A stretch of 64,000 nt of DNA from Paraspadella gotoi (GCA_051294375.1 CM119267.1:5260578-5324577); one strand, 5' to 3'. Numbered from the stretch's first letter, positions 14,175 through 27,472 are shown. The notes: a model not told the origin generated them from the letters alone. Numbers and translations: made by a program.

Positions 14175-15750
14175 AGTGTCCAGTGTCCAGCGTTCACCCG
14201 GAGACGGTTGTCGCCTTTACCTCCAAGGAGAAGCCGAGTCCGTCAAGGGGACGCCCATCGTCCGCGCGTCACGCTTTCTTGCTTCTCCCTTGCCTCCGCT
14301 TCCGCCGCCGCCGCCGCCGCCAGCGTCGCCCTCAATTTTTTTTTCGCGCCAAAAAAAAAAATTTGAATATTTTTCTCGTTTTTGTCGCGAATTTCGTTGA
14401 GAAACGAGGAAGACGTCGCGAGCGGAATTCTCCACACCCCCCACCCTCTGGCGGAAATATTAAGGCGGAAAAAAATGTAATTCGAGAAATCGTATATACG
14501 ACGACCGGAAGAGCCACGCCCCCTTGCCCCGTTTCCATGGAGACAACGCTTTTCGGGGTTGTAAACCCGGTGTGTTAATGAAGGGAGAGAAAGAGGGCGA
14601 CGCGTGAAAGGGGGGAAGAATTATTTATTAATTTAATTTTACGATTAACGCTGATTAACTTCCTGACCACGCCCCTCCCTTTATCTTCCAGCCCCTGACC
14701 CCCCCACGCTCCCTACAACCTGACGGCCTCGATGGGCCTTTTCTCCGCTAACATTTCCTGGATGCCTGGATACAACGGGGGATTGTCGCAGACTTACATC
14801 CTCTGGTGAGTTTTGATTTCCGTATGTCGTTTGATCTGACGATCTTTTTGCTGAAGGTTTTTCGACGCTTTAAAAAGAATTCTAGATATCTTTATCAAAG
14901 AGATTCTCTTGAATTTTGAATGTATATTGTTTAAGTTGCCTCTGCTTTCAGACTTATTTTACAAATGGCTACGATCGAGGTTTCAAAAGTTGTTTATTTA
15001 TCGAAGTTAAATACAGGCGAGGATATAAAAGCATTTTCAAATTGTTTGTAAAGAATCCAAATAAACAATAAAATTTCGGTTAAAAGGTAAAAATAAACGG
15101 TCTTAAAACCGTTTTGACGTCGTAATATTTGAGTCAACTGAAGAATTTACAAAATTCGAAATAAAACGTTATCTAAAAAATAACCCAGATTGCCTCGGCC
15201 AACCCTTTTTCCTTCTTCTTTAATTATCCGTCGTCGCGACTCCCGATCGCAAATTTGGGAAACTTGAACCAAGATATTTTCATTCCCAATCATCGGACGT
15301 TGAGCCGTCTCCCTCTACGGCGACGCTCGCCACCGCCGATACATATATATTCAAAAAATACTTTGAGCTACCAAAATTTTAAGATTCTGCCAGCAAAAAA
15401 AAATGTTTCGGCGTTGCAACTTATTTATAACCGCGTATATTTTTAGGTCATAACTTGAAAGCCGATAAACAAAAGAGAGAGAGAGAGAGAAAAAAAAACG
15501 CTGAGGTGACTCTATGCAAATATTCGTCGTGTTTTCGAGCTACTGAAATTATGCTAATCACTTTTGAGAGTGTCTTTCATAGTCACGGATACTGACGTGA
15601 CTCTCTATTTCACTTTTCGGTCGGTCCGTTTGTCCGTCTGTCTGTTTATCAGTCTGTTTAAATCGCGGATTGCCAATAAAAATATTTAATTGTTGAAAAT
15701 GTTAAAAATTCATTTTATAAAACGTTAAGAGCTTAAATGAAAAGAAAATT

Positions 15751-15801
<51 letters not shown>

Positions 15802-16430
15802 CTATTTTCTGCGCGAGGACGAAAATTCTCGAAAGGAGAATCACAAAGCGACATCTCGTGAAAAACTTTAGAAATCAGAAACTGAAAAATTATGATTTTT
15901 TTTCTTTTGATTATTTTTTAGCGGTTTTTTTCTTCCCGATTTGAATGAAAGCGAACGCCATCTTGTGTCAGCGACAATCGCTCTCTTTTCTATTCTGTTA
16001 TTTTTTTTCTTTATCCATATTTCATCGCCTTTTAAGTCAAGGCTTCCTTCTTCTTCTGTCCTTTTGTGTTTCATCTTTCTATCATTTGCCCCTCTGTCGT
16101 CTCTCTTATTTGTTCTTTCCGTCTTTGTCTTTCTATTTCCTCTTCGTCTACAATTTCTTCTTCTTCTTTCCTTTCTGCCCCCCGCCTTTCTATCCCTAAA
16201 ACCACCTTCTGTCTTTGCTGTCCCTATCTTTCTATCCCCCCTCTACGTCCACATGTCCTCCCCCTTTTGTCTCAGGGTTTTCAGACTCGTCCTCTTTTCT
16301 CGCCCGCGATTAAATTCATCTTTCTCCGCCAACAACAACGACGACGACGACGACGACGACGAAGACTGCATCCCGTTTCTCCATTCTCTCGAGTTTCCCA
16401 CCGCCTTTTGTTTCATCTTGACAAGGGAAC

Positions 16431-16529
<99 letters not shown>

Positions 16530-17138
16530 CCTCGTCTGCTCACCCAAATATAAACTACCATTTAAACTAGCCGATTACTTTGAACACGATTCATTCCTCA
16601 ATGTGGAATACACATACTTGCATCGTAATGTTCGAACCTTACCTTCCTAATATCTCAATAGAAATCCCTCACCCGGCAGACGCTTACCAGGCCTTAACCT
16701 TTTCGTCCGCGCGCGCGATGTGAGTCATCAACGATTTCACGCTGAGCCTGAGGTCGTCATGATAATCCCGCCTTCTTCTTCCACTTCCCCATTCCCCCCC
16801 TTCCCCGACCCCTTCCACGATCTCCCCATTCCCCCCTTCCACCCCGACCCCTTCCACATCCCCATTCCCCCCTCCCGACCCCCTCCCGAAATCACCTCTC
16901 CTCTAACGAACCCTTCCCGCCCTTACCTCACCCATCTCAAACCCTCAACTCACCCCAAAGCCCACCCCCCCCCACTTCAACCCCCAATCCTCGACTTACC
17001 CGACCAGCCGACCACCCACGCCTCCACAACAAGACTCATGAAACCGAAGATTCATTAATCTTTCCATGGGGGTTTTTTTTTCTCTTTCTCTTTCTCACTC
17101 CATGAATTCTCTCTCCTCTCTCTCTCTCTCCTCTCTCT

Positions 17139-17169
<31 letters not shown>

Positions 17170-20100
17170 CTCGCTCTCGATCGCTCTATTTTGATTTTTT
17201 ATATCTTCATCTGTTTTCATCAAAAGGAGAAAAAAAATCTCTTTTTTTTTTTCCTCTGTTTATTTTTCTTGCTTTTTTTTTTGTTGTTTCTCTCTCTCTC
17301 TCGACTCAAGGTCGATTTTAGGTTCAGAGATGTCACTGAGTTCAAATGGCGGGGTCCCAGTCGAAACATCATTACTTTCCTATTTCTCTTTCCTTTTTGT
17401 CACCTCTCTATCCTCTCTTTGACTTCTCTTTGCGCGGTTCTTCTTTTTCCCTCTTCTTTTTATCTCCGATTTCTTTCCGCCATTTTTTCTCCCACTTAGA
17501 ACTTTCAGACTTTTTCTATTCTAATAACCATCTTACTCTTACATCTACAAAGAATATTGATTATTCATGTTCGATATTGAAACTCCTTTGAAATAAAGCT
17601 TCAAAATTTATACAAAGGACGTAAATGTTGGTAGAGCAAGTACAAGTAGTATCCATGCAAAACTAATTTATTTCTGATTGAAATTTCAGTTAAATTTGGC
17701 AATGTTAGTCCGAATCCTCACAACTCTCCCTTTCTTTCCTCCCTCCTTCTCCTCCTCCTCTTCCTCCTCCCTCCTCCTCCTCCTCCTCCTCCCCCTCCCC
17801 CTCCTCTTCCTCCTCCAGGTGGAACCGAAAAGGAAGAACAGAGGACGAGTGGAGATCTCTGGTCATCGAGGGAGAAGAACCCGCTACTTCCTTTACGCTC
17901 TACGACCTCCTTCCAGGTTTGTGGGGGAACAACGACCACATAAACGACGACATGAATCCACAGACTTTATGGAAAAAAACTTGTCCTTTTGTCTTTACCG
18001 CTCGACAAAATGCATCTAATGCAAAATACATGCTTTTCACGCATTGGTTTGATTGTTATTTATTTCTAAATATTGAATATTTTAAAAATTATTTAAATTT
18101 AAATTCTTATTTACCTATTTATTTATTTGCGATCGCAACAGACACGTACTACCAGTTCAGCGTGAATTCGAAGAACAAACTCGGTGACGGTCTTTTCTCC
18201 GAGACGATTCTTGCCAAAACAAAAGGTAAACAAATAAATCGCGAAGAAAACAAAAGGACATTAAGAGAAAACAAAAGGACAGTGAGAGAAAACAAAAGGA
18301 ATTCGAGTTTTTGAAAAGTTTGCGACATCTGTCGTTAATGTAAAATTAATGATCCGCATTTTATTCATGAAGTTTTTATTCAAATCGCGCGTTGCAGGAC
18401 ATAATAGCAATGTATTTCTTTATCTGTTTTGACAAGTTATGTATCGTTAAAATCTATTAAAAATTTAATAATTAAAAATGGCAATCACTTAAATATTTTT
18501 TTAAATTTTTTATTGTTTCGATTTTTTCGCCCGGGATGTTTTTTTTCTCTTTTCCCTCTCTCTCTCTCTCCGTCTCTCTCTCTCTCTGTCTTTTCTCTCT
18601 ATCTCATTTTTCTATTTCCAGCGCTCGATGACTACCTCATTTTAGATTCGCTACCGAACGGTACTTTCCTCATTTTTTTCTTTCAGTCACTTTTTTTATT
18701 CACCAAAGAAAATCACTTTTCCTCGTCTATTTCAATTTTTCTGTTCATTCGTTATGTTTCACGTGATTTGTAATTTCTTTTAACTCTTTTTTTAATTTTT
18801 TTTCCTTCTGTGTATTTTTCCGANNNNNNNNNNNNNNNNNNNNNNNNNNNNNNNNNNNNNNNNNNNNNNNNNNNNNNNNNNNNNNNNNNNNNNNNNNNNN
18901 NNNNNNNNNNNNNNNNNNNNNNNNNNNNNNNNNNNNNNNNNNNNNNNNNNNNNNNNNNNNNNNNNNNNNNNNNNNNNNNNNNNNNNNNNNNNNNNNNNNN
19001 NNNNNNNNNNNNNNNNNNNNNNNNNNNNNNNNNNNNNNNNNNNNNNNNNNNNNNNNNNNNNNNNNNNNNNNNNNNNNNNNNNNNNNNNNNNNNNNNNNNN
19101 NNNNNNNNNNNNNNNNNNNNNNNAATATTTTACAGTATCGCAGTATCAACACGCCGCATGCCTCAACCCAGAAAAGATCTTCCATTCGATGCTCACTTGT
19201 TTTCTTTCCTTTTTCTCCCGCCAGGTTTCGACGATCTCCTGCAACAATTCTCAACTCTTTCCCCGAATTTTTGGCCGAATCAAACGACCTATTTACCCAA
19301 AATCAATCACGGTAGTAAAGCTGGTTGTAGAATCGATAGACGAATGAAGAAAGAAAACTGTTCGGCTCTAGAGTTGTGAACTTGTGGAATTGTGAAATCG
19401 TAGAATTGGGAAATTGTTGAGCTGTTAAGCTTTTGAGCCGTTGAGTTATTGAGTTATCGTTTTGTTGAGTTGGCGAGTCGTTGAATTCTTGAGCTGTTGA
19501 ATATAGTTGAGAGAGACAGATAAAGTGAGAGAGAGAACGAATGATTGAGAGAGAGGAAGAGTGAGCGAGAGAGAAACAGAGTGAGTTAGAAAGAGACAAA
19601 CCTGACCTTCTCTCTCCTCCCATCCTCTCTCCTCCCACGCAGGAATCCGGCCTCCAACGCCAGTCAACTTCTCATACTCTCTCGTTCCTGGATCTCATTC
19701 GTCGCTCAATCTTTCCTGGTCGCTGCCCCAGAGGCCGCGAGATCGCAGAACCTNNNNNNNNNNNNNNNNNNNNNNNNNNNNNNNNNNNNNNNNNNNNNNN
19801 NNNNNNNNNNNNNNNNNNNNNNNNNNNNNNNNNNNNNNNNNNNNNNNNNNNNNNNNNNNNNNNNNNNNNNNNNNNNNNNNNNNNNNNNNNNNNNNNNNNN
19901 NNNNNNNNNNNNNNNNNNNNNGCTATTTTCCGAAAGCGATCCGTTTCTGTTCTAAATCCCGGAAGATCTAACCATTATGTAATCTAAATCAAATCCCTCA
20001 TTCCTATCGCTAACCCTTTGAACCTAAATACTAAATTAATTCTTTTAAGCTGAAATGGAACGCTTTCGGAAAACAAGGCCATGATGATAGGGGAATGATA

Positions 20101-20286
20101 GTGAGAGCGATGATGATAGTAAGAGCGATGACGATAGTGATATGGTATAGTCTACGGCCTAGCCTAGCAACGCGCCCCCTGGCGCCTTTTTTTTTTCTCT
20201 GTCCCGTCGTTGTCGCCTTTATCGCTCCCAGTTGCGTCCCGAGCTTCAGACCTTTAATCAGACGGACCGGTGGAACGAGGGACGAC

Positions 20287-20336
<50 letters not shown>

Positions 20337-22853
20337 GGATGATGATGATGATGATGATGATGACGACGACGGTGATGATGACGACGACGGTGATGATGAG
20401 GACAGTAATCATGACGACGATGAAGAAGAACACTGTCAAAACGACCCCGGTTTTCATATTAAATGAGCAAATAGTTATTAGATAATATATTACATTAAAA
20501 TTTTTTGACCCCTTACCCCCTACCAGGACCTATTACGTGGTGCACAACCTGAAAGCGTCCAAAGTCTACGAGTNNNNNNNNNNNNNNNNNNNNNNNNNNN
20601 NNNNNNNNNNNNNNNNNNNNNNNNNNNNNNNNNNNNNNNNNNNNNNNNNNNNNNNNNNNNNNNNNNNNNNNNNNNNNNNNNNNNNNNNNNNNNNNNNNNN
20701 NNNNNNNNNNNNNNNNNNNNNNNNNNNNNNNNNNNNNNNNNNNNNNNNNNNNNNNNNNNNNNNNNNNNNNNNNNNNNNNNNNNNNNNNNNNNNNNNNNNN
20801 NNNNNNNNNNNNNNNNNNNNNNNNNNNNNNNNNNNNNNGCACTCCAGGTATGCAGTGATGAGAGGGCAATGGGAGAGGTGGGAAATGGGGTGAGCACTCC
20901 AGGTATGCAGTGATGAGAGGACAATGTATAATGTATTGCATAATGTATCATAAAATGTTCAAGAATGTTCAAGGATCAAAATATTAAATAACCTTTGAAA
21001 ACAAAAGAAAAAAAATGTTATAAAAAAGTTAAAGTTAAAAAGTAAATGAATGTAATTTTTTTTTTAATACCAAAAACAGTATTGATAAAATCAGAAACAG
21101 TATCAGTGTTAAAGACTAGAAAACAGTAAACAAGTAAAAACTAAACTATAAAAATTCAACAAAAACAAAAGACATTCACGTTTAAATTGACTCATGAATA
21201 AAATGTTATGAACTAATTCATAAGAAACTATAAAATATAACGTTCAAGAACGTTCAATACGTCTTATGCAATTTTTTTTTTCTTTTTTCGTTCTGTTAAT
21301 TTAAATATTTATATTTTGTTGAATTGTAAACTGTACAATTTATGCGTTTATCTGTAATGCTGTATGTCCTTTTGAATGTACTGTTTCAACTAATTGTTGT
21401 AAACGAATAAAACACATATATAATGACGTGAAGTAAAAGACAATGACCTTATGACTAACCTGACCGAAAATGACATAACGATATAAAATGACATGATGAC
21501 ACAATGACGTAATGAATAAAGGACCAAACGTGACTTAAAAGACATAAAATGACTAAATATGACTAAAATTACACAAATGACGCAAAATAATAAAATGACA
21601 TAAATGCTTTAAAACGAAGAAAAGAAATTTTGTTAAGTCTGACCATTTGACGATGTTATAAAACTTAACAAGGATCTCTGCCGAAAAGAGTTTTGAAAAG
21701 TAGCCATTTATAAAGCTAACAACTATACAGCTAACGTTTATCCTTCGGGAGTTTCTTCCCAACGACCTATAAATACAAAAATACAATATACAACCGCTAA
21801 CAATATACTTCAGTCCCACCCTCCACTCATACGCAAGCCTCCACCTCCTCACTGCAATATGCAAATGAGTTTAAAGATCCCTCTTTCCCCTCGTGCTCCG
21901 CAGCGGTCGGCAGTCCGGCGGCGTCGCGTCTCGGTTCCACAACGGCGACGATCGTCGGCGTCGTCGGCGCCCTGGCGCTCATCCTCCTCTTCATCGTCGT
22001 CGGCTTCGTCGCGACTCAAGTTTATCGTAAACATCACCCGTCAAAGTTTTTCTCCGACATCAAATCCTTCATGTCCTCCAGCGGAAGCAGCACCAGGTGC
22101 GGAGTCATGGAGTGATGGCGTAGTGATGGGGGGGGGGTTGTCTCAATTTGGGTTGTGGGGGTAAAAAAAGGGAGAAGGAAATGTTATGGAATAAGACTGG
22201 TCGATTGATTCCTGGGGATGTACCAATTTACGTAGAGTAGAAGTGAAAATAATCACAACTGCCGCTGTCAGCCTCAAAAAAAAAGTTTTATCTCATTTTT
22301 AAAACTGTTTTCACCTTAAAAAATTCTTTAGCGAATTTCCTCTATCCTTTTACTATCTTTAAAATAAAAAAAAAACCCAACGTTTTCTTAATTTTTTTTT
22401 CTATTTTCATTTCACGCTTTGTTTAAACCAAAAAAAAAACTTCTTTTCCGCTCTGCCGTCAACAGAGACAAAGGTGAATCTCGCTGTTCCGACTTTTCGC
22501 TTTTTTTTTTTCATTTTCCTCCCAAATTTGGTGACCGCGTCGCTTTATTCGCCCAATTCGCCTGCTTTTTTTTAGTTGTTGCTTTTTTTTTTCCTAAGTG
22601 AACGCCATTTCATTTCATTTCCTACGTCATGCTGTTTGATACTTAAAACCTCTTCAGTGTTTGTCAATTTTCCGTGTCTCTTTTTCTCACTCTTTCACAG
22701 TCTTTCACTGGAGATGGACGGATATTACTGTTTCATAATTGTCCAACTAATTTAAAAGATACTCCGTCCCTTTCTCGATGAAAAACAATTTTTTATTTCC
22801 CAAGCATCTCAACTCCCTTCCTCTTGTTATAACCTTCGATTGTGCATTACCTG

Positions 22854-22929
<76 letters not shown>

Positions 22930-25191
22930 AAACAAACCAAACTCTAACTCTCCCCCCTCTCCCTTCTCCCTCCCCTTTCCCTCTTAGACTCATCTATAAG
23001 AAACGGTCCGGTGATCCATCACAACAACAGCCTGGGTCACGTGGTGATGATGAGCCCTGCTCCGCCGGGGCTGCTGCATCACGGGATCAACGGGCGACAG
23101 ACGCAGATCAACGACGTATATCATCCGCCGGATCTGCTGCCGCAGAGCAGACTCTAGGGCCGCCATCGTCAAGAGGTTTTGAGTTTATGTTTTCTTTTGT
23201 TCGTTTGTTTTTTATTTTGTATTATATTATATTATTTGTTTTTTTATTTCCTTTTTTTTATTGGTGAAGCCGCCACGTGTCTTGGGTTTAATTTATCGTT
23301 GCTGCAATGTTTAATTTAATTCCTATTAACATCATACCTAACCTATTCAATCATAACAAATAAATGCATAAATTGACAAACGGCGGATTAAGAAAATATA
23401 AAGAGTTAATAGATGTTTTGAAATTAAAATACGCGAGCCAAGCCAACATTATCTCCAATCTAATTTCGTACATTCCCATTTAATTCCCCATTCCCTTCCC
23501 ACCTCCCCGATTCAGCAGCACCCTCACAAAATCATCGCCCCCGCCCCCACGACCCCGCCGACGCCTCTCACCGCCTTCCCTCGAAAGCCCCCGGCCCCCT
23601 CTTCGGCGACCCGTTCCGCGTTTGCTTCGAGCGATCCTTCGCGCCGTCGCCTTCGGCCTCTTCGGACCGGCGCTGCCTCTCGGCGTCGACGTGCTTCGAT
23701 CCGGCGTCGTCGCCTTCGGAAGGAAACTCGCCAGCGTCGTCGTCAGAAGTCGCCGTCGTCGTCGACGTCTCCGGCGCTCCCGGCGCCAAAGATGACCCAG
23801 AGCCGGCGTCGTCCGGCGTCCAGTTCATCCAGCGATCGGAAGACGGTAAATTCGTCGTCGACGGCGAAGACGAAGACGACGAAGACGAAAAGACGAACAG
23901 CGACGACAAAACTTCTTCCCTCGAAGACGACGAATGGACGATGGGAGAATTTCGTCGCGGCCAACGTCGACGATCCTTTCCGGGTCTGCCTCAACGTCGC
24001 CCCGAGTCGGCCGACGGAGGACGCAGCGCCACGCCTCCGCCTCCGCGCCGCCCGCGATCCTCGCAAGGCAGCGACGCCGGGCTGCGGGCGTTCCAGGCGG
24101 ACATCGATCGATCCTTCATGACATCGAGCCCGGCGTCTCGGACAAAGACGCCAACGTCGCCGACGACGCCGCTCTACTCGACGGTGGTACGACAACCGCC
24201 CCCGCAGCAACGGTACCGCGGCGCTGAACCTCAACGACTTTCCGGCGCCGACGCGGATCGCTGGCGCGCCGGAACCGACAGTGCCGATCCCACGGATCTC
24301 CGCCGCATCCCAACCTTTTCACCAGGCGGCGCCAATTTCGGAGTCTACGCCATCAGAAAGTCGAAGGTGAAATTGGACGTCGGGTCGCCCAAGACCGTCG
24401 GGAAAGAGTCGATCGCGACGGGCGACGCAAGCCTCGCCTCCACGTTGTCGTCCACGGGAGGAGCTCTTGGCCGAAGACTCGAAGACGAAGCGGCGGCGGC
24501 AGCTGCCTCGGCTCCTGCAACTTCCATGTCTCCTTCAACGGGACGAATAGACTTCCGCCCCGCGGCGCCGAGATTTCATCCGCTACACCAGCCGCAGCAG
24601 CAGCAGCAACCGCGCGGACGAGGTTGGTCGCCTAGAGGCTCCATATCGTCCACTCAGTCGCAGCCGATGCCCAACGCTGCTGTCGCCGCGGCAGCGTATC
24701 GTCCTCAAGCGGCGCGATCGTTCCTCGCTGCCGCGACGTCGCCGGCCCGGGCCGGCTCTTCCTCTTCCTTGCCGATAGCTCCGGCGCTTCTCTCGGCGGA
24801 TCCCCAATTCCCCGTCGTCCCGGGACCGCAGAAACCGCCGCGAACTCCCTCGTCGACGGCGCTTCACGTTGCGACGCCGGAAGGACTCGTCGGCGTCCGG
24901 CCTTCCTTCGCCGAGTCGCCGATTTCCCGCGGCAGCCTCGCCTCCGGCGCATCGGCGGGATTTCCCGCAGCCAACCGACGGTCCCATCCCCTGCAGGCGC
25001 TGTTCCACTCTGCGGCGGCGGCTGCGGCGGCCTCTGCTTCGGACTCGTCTCCCGCCAGCAGCGAACTCAACGCGTCCAGGAATTTGAGTTCGACGACGGG
25101 ATTCTCGGAGACGCCGGGATGTCGACACGACGCCTCCTTCGAAGGTTCCGTCGTCATGGAAACCTGCGTGGACGCCGACGTCGACGATCGA

Positions 25192-25224
<33 letters not shown>

Positions 25225-25671
25225 TCGACGGACGGATCTGTCGACAAAAACTACGAGTTCGATCGCGGAGAGTCGACGGGCCGATCGGGCGCTAGAGCGG
25301 GCGGCGTCGGGCGTCTCCACGATTCTCCTTACTCTACTGAACTCGGAAAAATGCTCTACGAGCAAGGAGAGATCGGCGCCACGCTGCCCGTTCCTCAGCA
25401 GCACCAGCAGCCGCGCCCGATCGTCCTCGACGCCGCCTCGCCGACGTTGAGGGACGATCCGGAACGAGTGGAGAGACTTCGTCAAGAGTATCGTCGACAC
25501 CGGTCGCAGTCTCGTTCGCCGTTTCTCAACTCGCTCGTCGAAGTGTCGCCGGCGTCGGCGTCAGCGTCGACGCTGCCGTCCCACTCGCCTACCGACGCAG
25601 CAGCGGCGTCGTATCGCGCCCCGCAGCCTCAGGCGCCCGGGCGTCGGAGACTCGAGAGCGAGATTTTGTGA
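3466..25671 (+). CDS. tutl/IGSF9: Turtle/IGSF9 (Dasm1)-family Ig + FN3 single-pass cell-adhesion receptor, 5'-partial, multi-exon
   Basis: AG/GT-bounded exons: 3466-3611 (SPRVGKMPSSVYLPRGLRGRVPCPVIANPPVFKVDWFKDD, Ig); about 5028-5160 (indel-corrupted, ..KPFNII-GTA); about 9578-9596 (IEVQVL); about 10625-10749 (..RPNAIYQKEKNEMVILPCRAVGDPTPRVNWQK after indel repair); 12540-12690 (GNLTITNIAPEDEGIFECEATNEV, Ig); 14692-14805 (PHAPYNLTASMGLFSANISWMPGYNGGLSQTY, FN3); 17819-17916; 18142-18225 (DTYYQFSVNSKNKLGDGLFSE); 18622-18660; 19225-19311; 19643 to gap and 20527 to gap (second FN3); 21904-22096 (TM IVGVVGALALILLFIVVGFVA); 22988-23175; 23516-25671. The last exon contains IQRSEDGKFVV, which resembles the IGSF9 cytoplasmic motif ISRGPDGRFVM (recalled, not searched), and ends ESEIL*. 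Domain order Ig-Ig-FN3-FN3-TM matches IGSF9/turtle. Confidence 0.88.
10776..11770. repeat. (TTCG)n-rich tandem array with a unit of about 180 bp
   Basis: The motif aattaactaaa(a)ttatggacaataatccggtttt recurs at about 10969, 11337, 11517 and 11698, separated by TTCG-rich tracts. Confidence 0.9.
14058..14173. repeat. Compound (CAT)n-(CGT)n microsatellite
   Basis: Directly visible. Confidence 0.95.
14503..14680. promoter_or_regulatory. Intronic ETS + KLF/Sp + RFX X-box motif cluster
   Basis: CCGGAAG (14505), GCCACGCCCC (14513), GTTTCCATGGAGAC (14531-14544), and TTCCTG-ACCACGCCCC at about 14660-14675. Confidence 0.45.
15577..15660 (+). mobile_element. 5' fragment of a second DINE/HINE-like element
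   Basis: Short inverted repeat AGTCACG..CGTGACT, followed by ctctat.. and a (GTCG/GTCC/GTCT)n microsatellite. Confidence 0.45.
20281..20400. repeat. (GAT/GAC)n microsatellite
   Basis: Directly visible. Confidence 0.95.
22466..22473 (+). CDS. Candidate 8-nt microexon (AGACAAAG) of the Turtle/IGSF9 gene
   Basis: Pyrimidine-rich acceptor ttcttttccgctctgccgtcaacAG, then 8 nt, then donor AAG|GTGAAT. It converts the phase-2 end of the TM exon to phase 1. Confidence 0.5.
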
Positions 25672-26808
25672 CGAAAGATTTTTGACGAAAATTACATTGT
25701 AAGCGGAGAGATATAATAATAATATTAAATTGACATAGCATTTCTTTTCATTTATAATTTAGAATTACGGCTTTTTTTTTATTATAAAAATTAGCTGCGA
25801 CTATTATTTTTTTTTGGGGGGGGGGGAAATATGTAATTTAATTGAAATGTTTTAGCCTTGTCTGGGACTGAATTTTAAACCGTGTCTTAAGTAATTAGTT
25901 TATATTTCTGAACTACTTTGTTTCTGTATTTATTGTTTTACGAATAGTTTTCGCATTTCGGCCAATAAATTCCTTATCTAACAAATCGATGATATTTTAT
26001 CTGAACAAATCTTCTGCTAAAAAGTAATGCTGTCTTTTGTTGTACGTTATGTTTGATGTTTTGTTTATTTACAGTTGTTTAAAATTTGAATTTTAGGGAA
26101 TTACGAGTCGTTGTTGACGGGCGGCCCAACTTCATACCCTTTCCCCCCCCCCAGCTTAGAACGTGGGCTTTTTCGCGGTCAATTACGCGGGCATTTTCAG
26201 CCCGACAGAGTTCCTTCTCTTTCTTCCCCTAATTTGTCCGATTACAAACTATTTCATAATAAAGTTGATGAATGTAAATTCAAGCGTAGCGTATTTATTG
26301 CGGTTTTTTTTATATTTTCCGGGCTCCTCTCTCTCGCACACCATAATCAAATTTAAATGTCATCGTCGACCAAACGTAATCCTCCTCCGATAAGTCTTTT
26401 TTTTTTCAAAAAAAAATAAAAATAAAAAATAAAAATAATTATATCTGAGCTCCGCGCTCAAGTTGTTTGTTATTCCTGCTATAAAAAAAGAAAATCGTTT
26501 TGCAAATCCTCACCCATATTTTTTTTTTCAATGAAAAAATCATCTATTATATAACCATATGCTCTCTTCGTTCTTGTGTCGCTCTGATCTCTTTCTCTCT
26601 TCTCTTCTCTCTCTCTTCTCTCTCTCTCTCTCTCTCCTCTCTCTATCTCTCTCTCTCTCTCTTCTCTTCTCTCTCTCTCTCTCTCTCTCTCTCCCTCCGT
26701 TTCCTCCTATCTCCTCCTCCTCTCTTGAGACTGTTACACATTTACGCCGGTTTTTATTTTTCAATTTGAATACATCTTATCTCTCATGAAATATCATTCT
26801 TATTGGCA

Positions 26809-27046
26809 AAAAGTGAAGATGAACGAAGATTTAGGGAGAACAAATTTTAGTATCAGTTATCTCTAGTTGATTGTAAGGACTAACTAAAAAGTGAAGATAA
26901 ACGAAGATTTCGGGAGAACAAATTTTAGAATCAGTTATCTCTAGTTGATTGTAAAGACTAACCAAAAAGTGAAGATAAACGAAGATTTAGGGAGAACAAA
27001 TTTTAGTATCAGTTATCTCTAGTTGATTGTAAGGACTAACTAAAAA
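26809..27046. repeat. 78-bp minisatellite, 3 copies, upstream of the AKR gene
   Basis: gtgaagat(g/a)aacgaagattt.gggagaacaaattttag.atcagttatctctagttgattgtaa.gactaac starts at 26813, 26891 and 26969. Confidence 0.95.
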
Positions 27047-27472
27047 ATAATGTTGGCGACAAATGAAAAAGCAAATTAACTTTGTTTTTTATACCAAACT
27101 TATAGCATACACAAACATTCATAAAATATAAAAATATAAGATCGTATAACAAGTAATTTTGCAAATTTTCATACTTATTTATAACTTAGCCACTTGAGTA
27201 TGTAATACCGTACCTCGAGGGAAAAAAATTTGAAATGATTGGTGAAGCTAATGACCTAAAGACTGACAAAAATAAGATTTGGTAAGAAACAAATGAGCAG
27301 CTTTCCTCAAAGCGGAAATTAAGGACGGCCTACTCGCGCTCCCTTCGGTCTTTATCAAGTCCTCCATCAAAACTTTGTTCCTTTGAACAAAAGGCAGTTA
27401 GAACCCTTCTTTAATCTAACGGCTTAGTTTTACGAATTAGTTTCCTCATAAGATGTATGACACTTAGCAACA

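Larger units (their letters stand above)
1372..20838. other. Region with multiple assembly gaps
   Basis: N-runs at about 1372-1978, 5429-5985, 6501-6768, 6953-7222, 7350-7374, 18824-19123, 19755-19921 and 20574-20838 (also 255-264). Two of them truncate FN3 exons. Confidence 0.99.

Noticed and set aside
5028-14805. Turtle gene as a pseudogene because of frameshifted exons
   Set aside because: The indels cluster in visibly unpolished sequence, while all exons in clean sequence are intact.
17322-17370. Alternative FN3 exon (FRDVTEFKWR)
   Set aside because: No convincing donor or homology. Exon 17819-17916 fits both the phase and the FN3 pattern.
24583-25500. Long antisense ORFs over the Turtle last exon and over the NR exons (35680-36756, 31601-32485)
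   Set aside because: These are shadows of GC-rich coding sequence with no independent motifs.
26809-27046. CRISPR-like appearance of regular repeats (also 10776-11770)
   Set aside because: The units are head-to-tail with no unique spacers, no cas genes are present, and the context is eukaryotic.
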